This document shows positions 1 through 14,301 of a stretch of 64,000 nt of DNA, in pieces; position 1 is the first letter of the stretch; every line of letters begins with the position of its first letter. The DNA is taken from contig OX597830.1 in NCBI GenBank assembly GCA_951406725.2, forward strand, positions 50,964,001 to 51,028,000. Reading direction: 5' to 3'. The DNA is from Octopus vulgaris (Eukaryota). A program made the translations under genes and the position numbers. The notes below the pieces were generated by a model, which saw only the letters and a list, made by a program, of their open reading frames with translations, did not search any database and had not been told where the DNA came from.

Positions 1-153
1 TGGATAGATGGTTACATACATACATACACACAGACTCTCTCTGTCTCTCTGTCTTTCTGTCTCTCTGTCTCTCTCTCACTCTCTCTCGCTCTCTCTCTCT
101 CACTCTCTCTCTCTCTCTCTCTCTCTCCCTCTTTCTCTCTCTCTCTCCCTCCT
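1..153. repeat. (CT)n/(CA)n simple repeat
   Basis: Direct reading: a (TC)n polypyrimidine tract. Confidence 0.9.
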
Positions 154-976
154 CAGAATGCGTACCAGCAGATCAATTTTTTAAGGAAAAAAGTTTTACC
201 CGAGTGTGAAAACGTGTTTCGCGTGGAAGGTGTGGATGTTTAATATTTTAATACGTAAGTTACACCACTTTGATCGTCAGCAATTCAGGTTTTAATCGTT
301 ATATACCAGAAAGCGTATTAGGAAATGTAGATTCGCGCCCACCAGATCAGGTCTGCAATGTCAAATCAATAGTATCCATGCTGAAGTCACATCAAACAGG
401 CAATATAAAACGATCAAAAAGAAAGCTTTTATATTGTTATGTATAAGAGAGATTTGAGAAAAAAGATTTTGTAATGATGTTTCATCATTAACACAGAGGC
501 AAATGTAACGCGACTTTTTAAAGCTACATCTTGACATTCAGGGACAGCAGCTTCATTAACAACATGCAAAGGTAGGTTCTCGAAACATGAAATCCAGCGT
601 TAGAGGATCAACGAGATACAGCTTCATTACATCAGAAAAGAGATACATGCAAAAAGACAGGCTGCTAAAGCCGAACTACTACAACTATTGACATTGCAGA
701 ATTAATATATTCACCAGATGTATCCAAAACGTCGAGTTTCATAAATCGAATTGGAAGTTACCTCTTACGCCAGGATGACTACACTTCAATTCACCAGGAT
801 ATTATAGAATGCCATTGCAATTCTTAATCTGATCAATGTGCATGCATAGCATATACGTATACTTTGTGACAAACTTAAGAAATACCTAGAATTTGAGGCA
901 TTTCAACGAAGCATCGACATTAGATATCCATACCATAAACTATTTCCTCAACTACACAAGAACCAATATTACATAT

Positions 977-1199
977 GTTAGTTAGTTAGTTAATTTTTTG
1001 GCTCAAAAAGCAAAAATCAAGGCCATGTAGGGGGACAGGGAGTTATGTACAGGGTGGTGTTCATGTAAAGAGTTCAGGCCACTTGAGGTCAAGGGAGACT
1101 TTGAACCGAGCGGTCGTCGGCATCTTCACCATCTCGTCTGGCAGCTTATACCACGGATCCGCAACCCGGACGGAGAAAGCCCCTCTCCTTCGATTGATA
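977..1199 (-). mobile_element. CR1/L2-group LINE, 3' end (5'-truncated)
   Basis: Minus strand reads INRRRGAFSVRVADPWYKLPDEMVKMPTTARFKVSLDLKWPELFT* (TGA at 1061-1063), matching the CR1-type ORF2 C-terminus (RxxFFSxRVxxxWNxLP...FKxxLD). A short 3' UTR and (AACT)n tail follow. Confidence 0.8.
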
Positions 1200-2029
1200 T
1201 AAACACAAGTAAATTCTGTTCCACGTAATAATGAATACATATTAGTGAATGTTTTTCTCTTTCAGAATTTCAGCTGAATTAATTGTCGACGATTCAAGCG
1301 GCGCAAGTTTTACTTTAAAATCCTGAGATTTTCTCTCCCATTTATTAGCAAAGCAAACATGCCCACATAAATAACGCAGATCTTTACACATTAATTGGTT
1401 GAAATTGCCGAAATACGAGAAATTTAACAAATAGCTTACAAACTACATAATTTTCTCAAGAACGCCAAGAGAAAAAGATATTTTATGTGATACATTCTAC
1501 CAGTATACGAAGTTTTAAAGTGTTTAGTTACAAAACATTATTTATTAAAATCTGCCGGTCAAAGTGAAAAGATCCAATAACGCTTTTCTCGAAATAACTC
1601 GTACTACCAACAGCCACATCCGAGACACAATTGAGGAAAGTTAAGTAATATATCTTTTATCGGACAGTTAAAGAGATAGAGTGGCCATGAATAGATCGTA
1701 TTTCGATCGAAGCTTTGCTCAATAGAAGGCGCCCTGGGACTAAATGACAATAAAAACAAAAACAATCTATCATTCTACAATATTACCAAACAAAAAAGTG
1801 AATAAAAACTATACCGAAATAAATCACTAACACACTACGTCTCTGATATCGATCTATAACAAATCAATAATTTAATCAAATCTATTAATATTTATTGTAG
1901 TTCCTTTTACTTGATTTTAAAAACACATTTGCAGAGATTTTATCGATGAGAAATATTTTTCTTACAATACACTCCTAGATTCTTCATCACAAATCGCGGA
2001 TTCATGCGTACATGCATACGTTCCTATGC

Positions 2030-2162
2030 ACACGCACACGCACACGCACGGACACATACACACACATATACACACACACATAAACACACACCCATATAAT
2101 GTATGTGAGTGTGTGTATGTGTGAGTGTGTATATATATATGTATGTATTAATCTACGGATAC

Positions 2163-2224
<62 letters not shown>

Positions 2225-2504
2225 GTATGCAAGTTTATATATATGTATATACATATGTATGTATGAATATATATATATAATATATATACACACACACATA
2301 CACATACACATCCATGAATCTCTAAGGAGGTTCGACGAACTTGTTCGTTAATGGACCATTCCTTGATGTCAGGAATATTTACAGAGTTCAACTAAGATTA
2401 TTAACCGCTATATATTGTGAAACAGCAAACTGAAGGACTCTTTCGGTGCTAACAAAAACCGATGTCTGCAAGAAGCGTATAGCATTTCTTATACATACGT
2501 ATAC

Positions 2505-2559
<55 letters not shown>

Positions 2560-2683
2560 TATGTATCTATCTATCTGTCTATCTAAATATCTATCTATAC
2601 ATATATATATGTGTGTGTGTGTGTATCTCTATCTATATGTAGCTATATATGTATATATATATATACACACACACACTCTCTCT

Positions 2684-2738
<55 letters not shown>

Positions 2739-3185
2739 TTGTATGTATATATATATATATATGTATGTATTAAATACATATATGCATGTATTCCCAAATA
2801 TATATATATATATATGTCTATGTTCGTGTATGTGACAAAATAACTAGATATATAGCATTCCTCATTGTACACACACGGACACACGCATGTATACACACAC
2901 ACAAACACACACACGCGCACACATGCAACCGTCCTTCATGCGTGCATACTCACGCACACGCTCACGCACGCACACATACACATGTATGTATCCATCCATT
3001 CATCTATCTTCCTATCAATCTACCTACACGTATGAATATATAAACATGTATGTGTGTGGTGTGAGTGAGATAACTAGGGAGAGAGAGTGAGAAAGAAAGA
3101 GAGAGAGAGAGAGAAAGAAAGAAAGAGAGAGAGTGAGAAAGAAAGAGAGCGGGAGAGAGAGAGAGATGCGCACACACACACACCC
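2030..3185. repeat. Compound (CA)/(TA)/(GA) microsatellite region
   Basis: Direct reading; it accounts for the [12 protein letters not shown] ORFs. Confidence 0.9.
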
Positions 3186-3639
3186 ATATGCATAAATATC
3201 TTATATATTTATTTTATGCAATTTAAATTCCCAAAGCGCATATTCTTTTTAGTGGAATCCAGTTTCTGTCATTGTAAGTGTTTACATAGAACTCTGCATA
3301 AGAATTATTTCATGCTGCTTACCTCTTTCATACACTGAGCTATGTTTTTAATGCTGCTTCCTTGCCACAACCAATATAAATCCGAAGACAAATCGCACAG
3401 CAAGAAGCCTTTCTAGAGCGTTATTGGACATTAGTAAGAATTCCGAGATAAAACTGTCAGTTTGGAGTTGAGGATTACTTAGAATAATATAATACTAGCT
3501 AACAGCTTGCTGATACTGAATCACTCATACTCTTTTATTTTTACGTTTCATTTATTCTTTCTTCATTTCACAGCTCCTGCATTTAATCAGAAATACGATT
3601 TTCGCACAATTATTCGTTTTCTATTCGCACTTCCATTTT

Positions 3640-3750
3640 GTTCATTATTATTATTGCTGTTGTTGTTGTTGCTCTTGTTATTGTTGCTTTTTTCGTTGTT
3701 GTTATTGTTGCTCTTTCTGCTGCTGCTACTGTTGCTGTTATTGTTGTAGT
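3640..3750. repeat. Degenerate (TTG/CTG)n trinucleotide repeat
   Basis: Direct reading. Confidence 0.85.
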
Positions 3751-3904
3751 TTTCTTTTGCGTGTTTCCACTGTGCAACAGAGCACATATTTCTGTGCCTT
3801 GGGTATGCGTGCTACTTCGCTTCATTTTGTGATTCCTCTCTCATTTTAAGTCCTCTACATAATATCTATACGTGCAGCACCTAGTAGGCCTATATTCTCT
3901 ATGC

Positions 3905-4098
<194 letters not shown>

Positions 4099-4424
4099 GT
4101 GAAGTCCTTGTGACTTTAGCTATGTATTTATCTCTGTTTTCTCCATTTTCTAAATCATTCTCACTGTATATATATATCATCGGGATGCGTTTCTATTTGC
4201 ATTCCCTACATCCTGATTACAACTCTGCCAGTTGTTCATACAGATACAACATCGCTTTTCCGGAAACTTACTTCCAAATTCTTCTCTGGAATACTGATTT
4301 ATTTTCCTTACTGAACACACTCTCAACTAAACAAATATTAAATTTAGTTAAATAATGGGAATGAAATAAATGCAATTGTAAATCAGTATAAATGATACAG
4401 GTTTATCAATTCTGTACTGAACAA

Positions 4425-5015
4425 GACCCATACTCTCAACAATACGCTCTTAAATATGGTTTCTGATTACAAATATCTTGGGTCATACATGTCATCATCT
4501 AAAAAAGATTTTCTAACTAGAAAGGGTATGGCCTGGTCAGCCTGTAATGATATGCATAAGATCTGGACATCAAATCTAAAATCTTCAAAGCCACAGTCGA
4601 ACCAGTTCTACTATATGGCTCAGAAACCTGGACGTTATCAAAAAAGCTTGAGAGGCGGTTGGATAGAACTTACACTCGCCTCCTTATGAGAGCTCAAAAT
4701 CTCTCATGGAAGCATCATCCAACCAAAGTACAAATATATGGGAAACTACCACCTGTATTATCTCTTGTGGAAGGTAGAAGAGTCCAGTTTGCTGGACATT
4801 GTTGTAGAGCTGAAAACGAGGTAATTTCTACTCTTCTCCTCTGGAAGCCATCTACTCGCAATACCAGAGGGCGCACACTCTCCTACTCTGACGTAATCTC
4901 CAGGGATACAGGCATCCAGCAACAGGACCTCCGTAATGCTATGATGGACCGTGAGGTCTGGCGTAACATAGTAAATTCCATTGTCTCGACCATGGTCGAA
5001 CAATGAATGAATGAA
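4425..5015 (+). mobile_element. RTE-clade LINE, 3' fragment (RT C-terminus, frameshifted)
   Basis: YKYLGS...KIW (ORF 4456), then after a frameshift IFKATVEPVLLYGSETW...RRVQFAGHC...MMDREVWR (ORF 4659..5006). The stop is followed directly by a (TGAA)n tail. Confidence 0.9.
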
Positions 5016-8000
5016 GACCCAAATTTGTGCAAGGTGCCTATAAACTAGTCCCATGGAAATTTGAATTTGTTGGTCGTAATCGTCAATCAATGCGGGTATA
5101 AATTCCATGCGCGGATACACACAAACACACACACACGCCTCCCGACTCACCCACACGTACTGTTACATATGGGCAACAATCAAAAGTGTTGTTAATTATT
5201 TCTTCTTAACATTCATATAATACATAGGTTATGTGTTTTGTTCCCAAAACAGAAACTGGGAAAAACTATTTTGTGCTTTTTATAGTTACTGATTTGAAGG
5301 CATATTTCGTTTCGAGAAGAATCCTCTGGTCGCAGCTCTAAATATTGCACATTTCAGCCAATGCTACCGTATTTTTCATCGGATTCTCACCCACCCCTAT
5401 GTATAGTTTTATCAACTGTGGATCGAACTAAGGATTTTCTTGCAATTTCAACCCCATATGCCAAGCACTATGTCAACTTGGAGGAAAAGCGTTAGAGACA
5501 CGTAAAAAGCGTCAGAGACACATGATAAAAGATGAATGCACCTAGAGGAAAAGAAAGACGTTATCTGGAGCTGAAAAGGAATACTGCAAGCCACTAAACA
5601 TAGTAGGAGGGAAACTTGGTTTGAAAAAGATCCATAGTAGGGCTAGGTCTTGAAATGGTCTTCGTGACCGATTGATATACACTACAGTTCGGAGTTCAAA
5701 TTCCATTAAATGTGGCATATCAAAAGCTGCAAGAGAATGCCTTGGGGATGCCGCGCTCCCTCAGACTGTCAAGAAATAATAAGCCGAAGCAAATGCTTGA
5801 CGAGAGCTTTTCCTCTAAAGATTTCAGCAGCTTTCCTCCATAGCGAGTTTCTTTTTCCCAACATCGTGTAGTTCAATTTTTATGGTTTTCTTTAAAATAA
5901 TTTCTGTTCAACACTTCCTAGTCTAGCAATCCATTACGTTCGCCACTGTTTTTGTATTTGTTGCCTTCTTGCAAGGTAAAAAGTTCGTTGTTGATGTTGT
6001 CATTGTATTAATGTTTCGTAGCCATTTATTATTCTTTATTAGATATTTTTGCTATTTTCTAGTGGATATTTATTACATTTTTCTCGTTACTGAAAACTGT
6101 TAACACCAAGCATTCATAATAAATATCTTCTGACGTTCGATATAGTGTTGGGTATTATAATTTCTGTCTTTATTTGACTTATTTACTTGTTTATTCATAT
6201 TTATTTACATTAAACCCATTTAAGAATATTATGAATTATTTCCGAAACTGATAGACAATATCTGCCTGTTGCCATATAGTTTTCTATTTTACGATATATA
6301 AATTTTTATTAATAAATGTATTTGCTCTAACTCTTTTAACGCCTATTTATATTTTATTATCTAACATGACACAAATGTTTTCTTATTCTACTCAACCCAG
6401 TCTTCACTTACCTCGTAAAACAAATTTCGCATAAATTACTGTAGTGATACCATAGATTGTCTGTAGCAGTGTTTCTAGTTATTTTTGAACCGTGGTGTAT
6501 AGCTTGAGGTAACCCATATTCATATGGTAACATAATCATCCACCCATCGCGTTTCACAGGGATTTAGCATGGTTTATCATGGCTGTGGATGAAAATACAT
6601 AACACCAGGCAGCTACGTAGTGAGCGGGAGAGAGAGAGAGATGTGACGATCTCTCTGGAATATTACTCTTCTAATAGTGATACATCGATTTTCATAATCC
6701 CTTTGTTTATTCGTTCTAGTACCTGCAAAATCTTTTGCCATTCAGTAAAGGCATGTTTATGGTGCCTGTTTTTTAATGGTGCCACACTTGCCCATGGTTA
6801 ATGCTTTTGGGATCCATGACTAGAGATTATCATCTAAACGCTTACAGTAGCCTATCTATTCTTCACTCAAGCACAACTCTTTATTTTATTTTTCGTTTAT
6901 CGCTGTTTATGGTCCATAATTAATCTTTAGAATCATATGAATCTCTACAGATTCTTTTCAGATTAAAATAAGTAATTTTTTTCCTGGTTATTTTTTTAAT
7001 TCTCTGCAATATCAGCGTACACTCGGAAGATGATTGAAATAGAAGCTGCGATTTTTGAGCTATGTATGCATGTATGTATGTATGTATGTATGCATGCATG
7101 TATGTATGTATGTATGTATGTATGTATGTATGTATGTATGTATGTGTGTATGTATGTGTGTGTGCATGATTGTATATAAGCTGAGAGAAAAGCAATCAGA
7201 AGCACGTATTAAGGGCAGGTGGTTAAAAAATACTCTGCATATATATGTGTGTGTGAGTATGTGTGTGTTTGTGTGTGTGTATGTGTGTAATACTGACCCT
7301 CACGTCGAAGACGACGTATAAGTGTTGATATTTTGTCGAACGACCTACGCTCTTCGACAGAAATGAACACAGAAATAAACAGGTAGAGAAAATAAAAAAT
7401 GGCTTAGTGTGCAGTGATCTATCATGGTGAATGCCGGACAGAGGGGACACAAAGGGGAGCTAGGAAGAAAGGCAGATAATAAAGTAGTGGTGATCCCAAA
7501 ACGAAGGTGCGCGTGCGTATGTATGTTCATTTGGAAGGGGACTGGTGACCATGACGTGTGCGTGTGTGTATGTGTAGGTGTATGGATGGTGGTGTGAGTG
7601 CTGGGAAGTGGTCAGTGCTAGTATGTGCGGGGTGGTGTGATGTGGTGTGGTGGTGTTGGGGTGTGGGTGAGGCGAGAGTGGAGGAAGCAAGGTTAGTGTG
7701 CAAGGGATGGGTGGGTGTTATAGGATATATAGGGGTGATGGGGTAGGAATGTGTAAGTGTGGGTTAACGAGGGAGGGGTGATGATGAAAGCAGAGGGTGG
7801 AAGGGAGAAGAGCAAGAGAGGAGAAGTGGGTTAGAGAAAGTAGGTGTGAGAGGAAGAGAGGAGAGAGGAGGAGAGTTACATGAAGAGAGTTGAGCCCATG
7901 TGGCGCAACTGAGCGAAGAGAGAACATACATAAATACATAAAAACATACATACATTTAACATACATACATGATTGATATACAAATTTGCATATGTGAGCG

Positions 8001-9452
8001 CATACCGATATATATGTGTGCATACATATGCACGAGCGTGTATACATACGCGCACACATACACAAGAAAAGAGAGAAATAGAGAGAGGATTGAAAGATTC
8101 TTTGGATATTGTCAATTGAGAATTAATGAGACAAAGAATGGTTACATACGATGTATGTTGACTACTGTTTCCTCTTGCCTACTTGTATGGACGTCAGTGT
8201 ATATATATATATATATATTGGTGTGCATTTATATAGGTGGGTTTGGTTGTGTATGTGTATGGACATATGTGTTTTGGTTAAGAGTGTAGTGGATTAAATA
8301 TTTAGAGAATAAAGGAACAAAATGCAATTCGGTACCATTTCTCCAAACATTTATTTAATTCTCTGCAATATTAGCGTACACTCGGAAAACTGATATCAAA
8401 GTAAATATTCGCAGATTTCTTAAGTGATATGCGAAACATGACAAAGATGGCATGGTCTCATGCTCAGTAGAATATCGCAGTGGGTGTATTAGTTTCGCGC
8501 TTTGAGAGATGAAAACCAATATTCGACTAAAATCGAAATTAATCAAAATTCGTTACCGGTTGCACAAAGTTATATTTAATCCTCTGAAACAGAGGCGACT
8601 TCAAAGAAAATATAAATGGAAGAATGTAATATGGTAAGTTGTCTTCAGATGTAGCACTTTAGATATAAATCGTACAGATATTATGTAAATTAAATATGGA
8701 CGTTTTGAAAGGAGAGCTTTACAAAAACAGAACTACTGCTTCGAGCGAAACCACGATCATTGCTATTCATTTTTCATTCGTTTTGTAGATATTACATCAA
8801 ATGTACGTTGTTAATACGTGTAAAATATCATCTCTAATCCGCTATGTTTATGTGTTTCAGTCATTGCTTACTTTTGAAAATATCTGTTTGTCTTACTGTA
8901 GAATAGTTCTGAGGATTGAGCTCTTAAGTATTTTAAATATGCCACGTAACTAGCAGGTCAACTAAAATTTCCTCAAATCTGCTATGAGTGTAGATACATC
9001 CGTGTGAATAAGTTTCTTTCACAATCTTATTGATATTCAGGTTCGGTTTCCAAACTAACCTCTGGATTCCTAGGCAAGTGCCTGCTGCCATAGCCTGAAC
9101 TCAAGTCGACCAGTTTATTGTGCATGAAATTATATCGACAGAAAATGTGCAGAAATCAGTCAGCCCTAACTTCGACCAGCAGCTGAGTTCAAGTTGAGGT
9201 CAACAGCACATATCTATAAATAGCAGACCCCAACCTCCCACAGAAGAACAAAAATTTACTTCAATCAATTCGCTTCGAAGATGGTCAAATGGACGGACCC
9301 TGATGAAGCTGCACCGACAATATTGCCAAGGTTGCGTCCGTAACACTGAGTAGTCGCTGTAGGTCATTATAAAATACTGTATATAACTGAAAAAGGAATT
9401 TGGCGGATGTACATATTTCCATACTCGTTATTGTCATTAATACTAATATACA

Positions 9453-10709
9453 CAGACACGCAGGAAGTAAATAGACACCTTTAATTTTCAAAATCTTTTA
9501 TTTGATACGCAAAGCGAACTATTGAAATGTAATATATAGGGAGGACTACATACTTTGGTATTTAGCTGACTTACCCTCGCATTTTTTTTAATTCAAAAAC
9601 TCTTTTTTGACATTGAACTGATGAGCTTTGTGATTGGTTCTTGTCGAATTTCTGCCCACTTTTCAAGCAACAATCGAAATAATTCAGTTTTAGATTTAGG
9701 TTTCTGTCGCGTTTTTCGTATTGCTCTATTTAGTATGCTCGAAAGATTTTCAATTGGGTTCATGTCAGCAGATTGGCTCGGCCAAGGAAGCTTTTTGATT
9801 CCATTTTCAGTCAGCCATTGTTGATTCCTTTACGCGGTGTGGCATGGAGCCCCATCTTCCATGAATAAAAAAAAACTCGTTTTTCATTGTTATCGTGTGA
9901 ATACATCGTAAGTAGTCCTTGCTTAAGTATTTCGATGTATTTTTCAGAGTTTAGGGTTCCAACACATTCGATCAGTTCAGAAGGACCATTGCTGGTGACA
10001 GCTTCCCATACCATTACAGAGATACTGCCCTGTTTCACAGTTGGTTGGAGTAATTTCAAACCAAATTCTTGATTGGGATGCCTCCAGACCCAAACACGTC
10101 CACTGTCTGAAAATATGCAAATTTGGATTCGTCTGAGAAAATCACTCTATCCCAGAATGAAATGAATTTTTCTGACATCTCCTTAGCCCATTTCTTTTTT
10201 TTTTTTCATAGTATTAATTGGTTGAAGGAGAGGTTTTCTTCTAGCTGATCGTCCATAATACCCAAGCTTATGCAGATATGTAACACACGTTCTTGGACTA
10301 ACTTCTAGCTGCTTGGCAATGTCAGAAGACTTCGAATGAGGTTATCCACAATTTTCTTCAAACAGGTCCCGAGGGCCGGGACGAGAATCTGTTGATTCCT
10401 TTTCTTGGCTTTTGAATTGCACTATAATTCTATTAACAGCAGCAAGAGGAATTTGAAGATTTCCGGCAATTTTTCAATGGCTTACACCAGTCTCAGATTG
10501 TCCAACAATACGACCTCATTGAAAATCTGACGGTTCTGGTGAATTTTTTTGTGCGTGACATGGTCACTCTCCGCAAATGTTTAATATAATGGCACTTGGA
10601 ATGAAAAAGAATAAGTATATTGTAAATTCTACACCACTGAAGTCATACTAAGACGCTTAGATCAGAAAATTTGAAAATTAAAGGTGTCTTTGTACTTCCT
10701 GCGTGTCTG
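9453..10709 (-). mobile_element. Full-length decayed Tc1-family (DD34E) DNA transposon
   Basis: TIRs of about 40 bp: CAGACACGCAGGAAGTAAATAGACACCTTTAATTTTCAAA from 9453 and its near-perfect complement ending at 10709, followed by TA. The transposase lies inside on the minus strand. Confidence 0.93.
9555..10561 (-). pseudogene. Tc1 transposase pseudogene
   Basis: ATG at 10561, then motifs WDRVIFSDESKF, PTVKQGSISVMVW, FMEDGAPCH and WPSQSADMNPIE. There are 34 codons between the second D and E, plus internal stops and frameshifts. Confidence 0.9.
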
Positions 10710-10721
10710 TATATAGTCTAA

Positions 10722-10812
10722 GGAATGGCTGTGTGGTAAGTACCTTGCTTACCAACTACATGCTTCCAGGTTCAGTCCAACTGTGTGGTACCTTGCGCAA
10801 TTGTCTTCTACT
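10722..10812 (+). mobile_element. tRNA-derived SINE family A, 5' fragment
   Basis: Matches the head of the copy at 41759 (TGGCTGTGTGGTAAG...GGTTCAGTCC...CCTTG..CAA.TGTCTTCTA); followed by (GATA)n. Confidence 0.8.
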
Positions 10813-10814
10813 AC

Positions 10815-10861
<47 letters not shown>

Positions 10862-11156
10862 AGGGATTCTCCACCAAATATTTACAAGTTCTTTTTTATA
10901 GTATTGCTTTATATGTATTTCGAAAACCAATTCCAAGAAGGAAATATATGCGTATGTGCATGTTTGTGTGGGGGATGGGGAGCATGCAAATATTGATACA
11001 TAGATATATATGTTATATATATACATATTAGACACACATATCCATACAAATAAAACACAGACGCACAATTTTGTGCACGCATGCACCCACACACAAACAT
11101 GTATATGTGTGCATATGTATGTGTATACATTTTGGTGTTCGTATATGTAAACAACC

Positions 11157-11202
<46 letters not shown>

Positions 11203-12585
11203 TAAAATATTTAAAGAACAGTAAAGAAGCGGCGGAATTAGTATTCTCATATAAAGAAATATTTGGTGAGATAGTTCGTTTGTAACTTCCACTGATAGAA
11301 AGTACTAGAAAACTGATTAGACCGTAGGAAACTTGCATCTAACTATGTCACTTTTCATCATTTTTCAGCAAAATACGTTATAAAAATGAATATTTATTTG
11401 ATGTAGTAAACAATTAAATTTTATTAAAGGAGAACATTTTAATCAGCCATTTTTAAGTATCGTCGACCATAGATACTGCCCCTCACTAACGTCGATTTTA
11501 TTGCCTTGATTATATCATCAGACAGAAATATTGTCTTAATCATATCATCAACTAGCAGAGATACCCGGTTACATTCAAATAAAGAATTAGACTTTTCTGT
11601 TATATATTCTGAATGAACTGGAATATATGTTTCGAATTTCATAAAAATTGCAAATGAGGGTTATTTCCCTCTTTACACACCCTAAAAAAATTGTAATCGT
11701 GCCACATGGAAACCAAAAGACGAATGATCACAATAAGCAGTCAGTAACCCTACCGTAGTCGTTACCACTCCCAATGTAGGATTCCTCACCATCCAGGTGA
11801 CAGGCACAGCCGTAAGATGCATTACGAATCTATAGCAATTGGAAGGGCGTGACCCAACTGAAATCAACATTAACAACTGTGTGACGTGAGGGCTTAAGAG
11901 AAATTAAAGTGTCACATCTGGAGTTTGCAAATGACCACTATACTGTTACGTAACTGGACAGAATGAATTTAAAATCTATAAATGTCTTTGAATAACCAGT
12001 CACTCATCTGGGAATCAATGTTACCATCAGGGGACTATGTGTTACCGAGTGATTATAAAAAGACTGAAAGGAGGTCTGCAATCAAATAACTTTACTCTGC
12101 ACTTTGCAACTGAATCAGTGGAGACAAAGATGCCTCCCATTTACTTAACAATTTATGCACCACATTGCAGAAATCACAATTTAAGTATATGTCAAAGCAA
12201 ACTGTTACACTGTTGTACCATTGAATTAGAAATAATGCCCAACTTTTATGCTCGGGTAACCCTACAGCTTCCAAGAGCACAACTATATTCGTTTTTGCTT
12301 AGATAAAATGACAAAATTGTGGGTGTTAAGTCCCCATGGAGGGGTCTTTCTAACTTTGTAAGAAGATGAAATTTTATAGATATTACTTCATTTTTGTCTA
12401 ATATCTATGGTTAAAATTTCATCAACAGCAAAAATATATGAATTGTCATGGGGGTTTTGGCCCTTATGCTCAGAATATAATTTCCAAATTTCATAAAGAT
12501 CCATTCAGTAATTTTGACCTAGGTTTTGATCATAAAAGAAATGACTAAAATTTGGGAGTTAAAGCTCCCATTAGGGTGTTATATC

Positions 12586-12617
<32 letters not shown>

Positions 12618-12744
12618 TAGATAGATAGATAGATATAGATATACATATAGATACACATACACACACACACACGCACAAAGATAAATTGATAGATACAACT
12701 GAGTGGGCAAACAAAAATATGAGACACAGCCTAATGCTTTTTTA

Positions 12745-12936
12745 TGTTGATAAACCTAGTACTTATTCTATCAGTTTGTTCTTGTGAAACCAGTAAGTTT
12801 TGTGGAAGTAAATAAATAAACAGCAGCTGGGAAGCAGTAATGAGGGCGAAACACAGAGACAAAGACACACACATACACTTACATATATACATATATATAC
12901 GATTGATTTGTTTCAGTTCCTGTCTACGAAATCCAT
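12745..12936 (-). mobile_element. SINE family A, internal/3' fragment
   Basis: Reverse complement of the GGATTT.GTAGAC.GAA.CTGAAA...GATAGAATAAGTACT segment of family A. Confidence 0.65.
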
Positions 12937-12941
12937 ATATA

Positions 12942-13672
12942 TTGTTGTTGGCATCCTTTTTGTCTCGGGAGACAATGGAGTTGCGCATAAAATAATCTAG
13001 TCCGGCTTTTACATTTCATGTTCTAATACATCTCCTGCTGTGGCTGTGTAGTCCTATTCTGGACAAACACTCCCTCTGGCAGGTGCTGCAAATGTAGCGA
13101 AGACTTTGCCTGGCTAGTTGTAATGTCATACTTTCTTGTTGACGTCTTTTCTTGTCTTTCCTTTCCTCATCTCCCTCTATGTCACTCCTTTGTGCTCCCT
13201 CTTTTACGGTACGTCGCCAATCTCCACGGTTGCTGGCAACTGCTTCCCAGTTGGTAATATTGATGTTGCAGGTCACTTTTGCAAACATCCTTGTATCGTA
13301 AGAACGGTCTTCCCACACACCTAGTGCCCCTAGCAAGCTCTCCGTTGAGTATGTCCTTGGGGATTCTGCCATCTTCCATACGGCTAACATGTCGAAGCCA
13401 TCTCATACGTCTTTGTGTGAGGAGTGTAAACATGCTTGGTATTCCTGCTTGCTTGAGGACATCTTTGTCGGGGAAATGATTCTGCCATTTTATGCGAAGA
13501 AATTCCCAGAGGCAGCGCAGGTGAAAGATATTTAGGCGACGTATGGCGTCGTATGGCGTGTGTATGACGTCCAAGTCTCACTTCCATACAGTAGAGTGCT
13601 AAGTACACATGCCTGGTAAATCTTCATTTTTGTGGTCTTGGTCAGCTTATTGTTGTCCCATACCCTCTGGAA
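12942..13672 (-). mobile_element. RTE (BovB-like) LINE, 3' fragment with C-terminal Zn finger
   Basis: IYQACVLSTLLYGSETW, FHLRCL, RRMRWLRHVSRMEDGRIPKDIL.GEL..G.R..GRP.LRYKD and YICSTCQRECLSRIGLHSH across ORFs 13182..13574 and 13016..13390; short 3' UTR with (CAA)n tail. Confidence 0.92.
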
Positions 13673-14207
13673 CTTTTATCTTCCACCGGTGTTTGTAATC
13701 GATGGTGACATATGCAATGATTTTGCGGCTATCTTATATTTAACAGAGAAATTGGAAGCCCCGAATGTAAGCCACCACTTTATACATAATACAATATTTA
13801 TAGTTCTCTATTTCTAACTCAAATTCCATCCTCAATAATTATAGATCTCTATTTCTAAATGTAATTCTTTTTCTTCTCGTTCAGTTAATAACTATAACAC
13901 GCATTCTTGTCTGTCTCTTGACAAAGCTTTTTTTTTCTCCAGCGTTCACCACTACACCTCGTTAGGGTTAAACAGCCCTTACCGAATGTTTTCACTGTCC
14001 TGTTTTTGCTAGCAGCTTTGATCTTCCACTTATCTCAAATTTTATTTAATTTGCTTTGGGGGAGCAATTGCTTTGACGAAGACACATGTTGTTCCACCGC
14101 TCGCAATGGGGAGTAGATAAATCTGCCAACAATTGAGGAAGGTTTGTTTTTTATGCTGCCTTCGCGCTATAGTTCTCAATATATAATGGAAACCCAACCC
14201 AACCCAA

Positions 14208-14301
14208 CGCCGCCCAGAGCGAGCTCTGGTCACCATGGCGTCGACTGTGGGCTTGTGGCTGTGTACAGTCGCCTCAATGCCGCCCAAAGCGAGCTCTGGT
14301 C
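14208..14301. repeat. Diverged ~1.3 copies of the 70-bp GC-rich unit, directly upstream of the ORF1 ATG
   Basis: GCCCAGAGCGAGCTCTGGTCACCATGGCGTCGACTGTGGG...TACAGTCG matches the array at 15385-15905. Confidence 0.9.

Noticed and set aside
205-960. Possible decayed Penelope 5' region with CTGACGA...GAAAC on the minus strand
   Set aside because: Stem I does not pair and the protein similarity is too vague to call by eye.
9618-9624. CTGATGA as a hammerhead core (also near 30860, 31748, 43721, 50696)
   Set aside because: No properly placed stem II + GAAA + NUH + stem I; 9618 lies inside the Tc1 coding region.
11780-11890. Possible Gypsy/Ginger integrase HHCC remnant (HHPG...WKG...INNCVT)
   Set aside because: It needs several frameshifts and no downstream DDE motif is recognisable.
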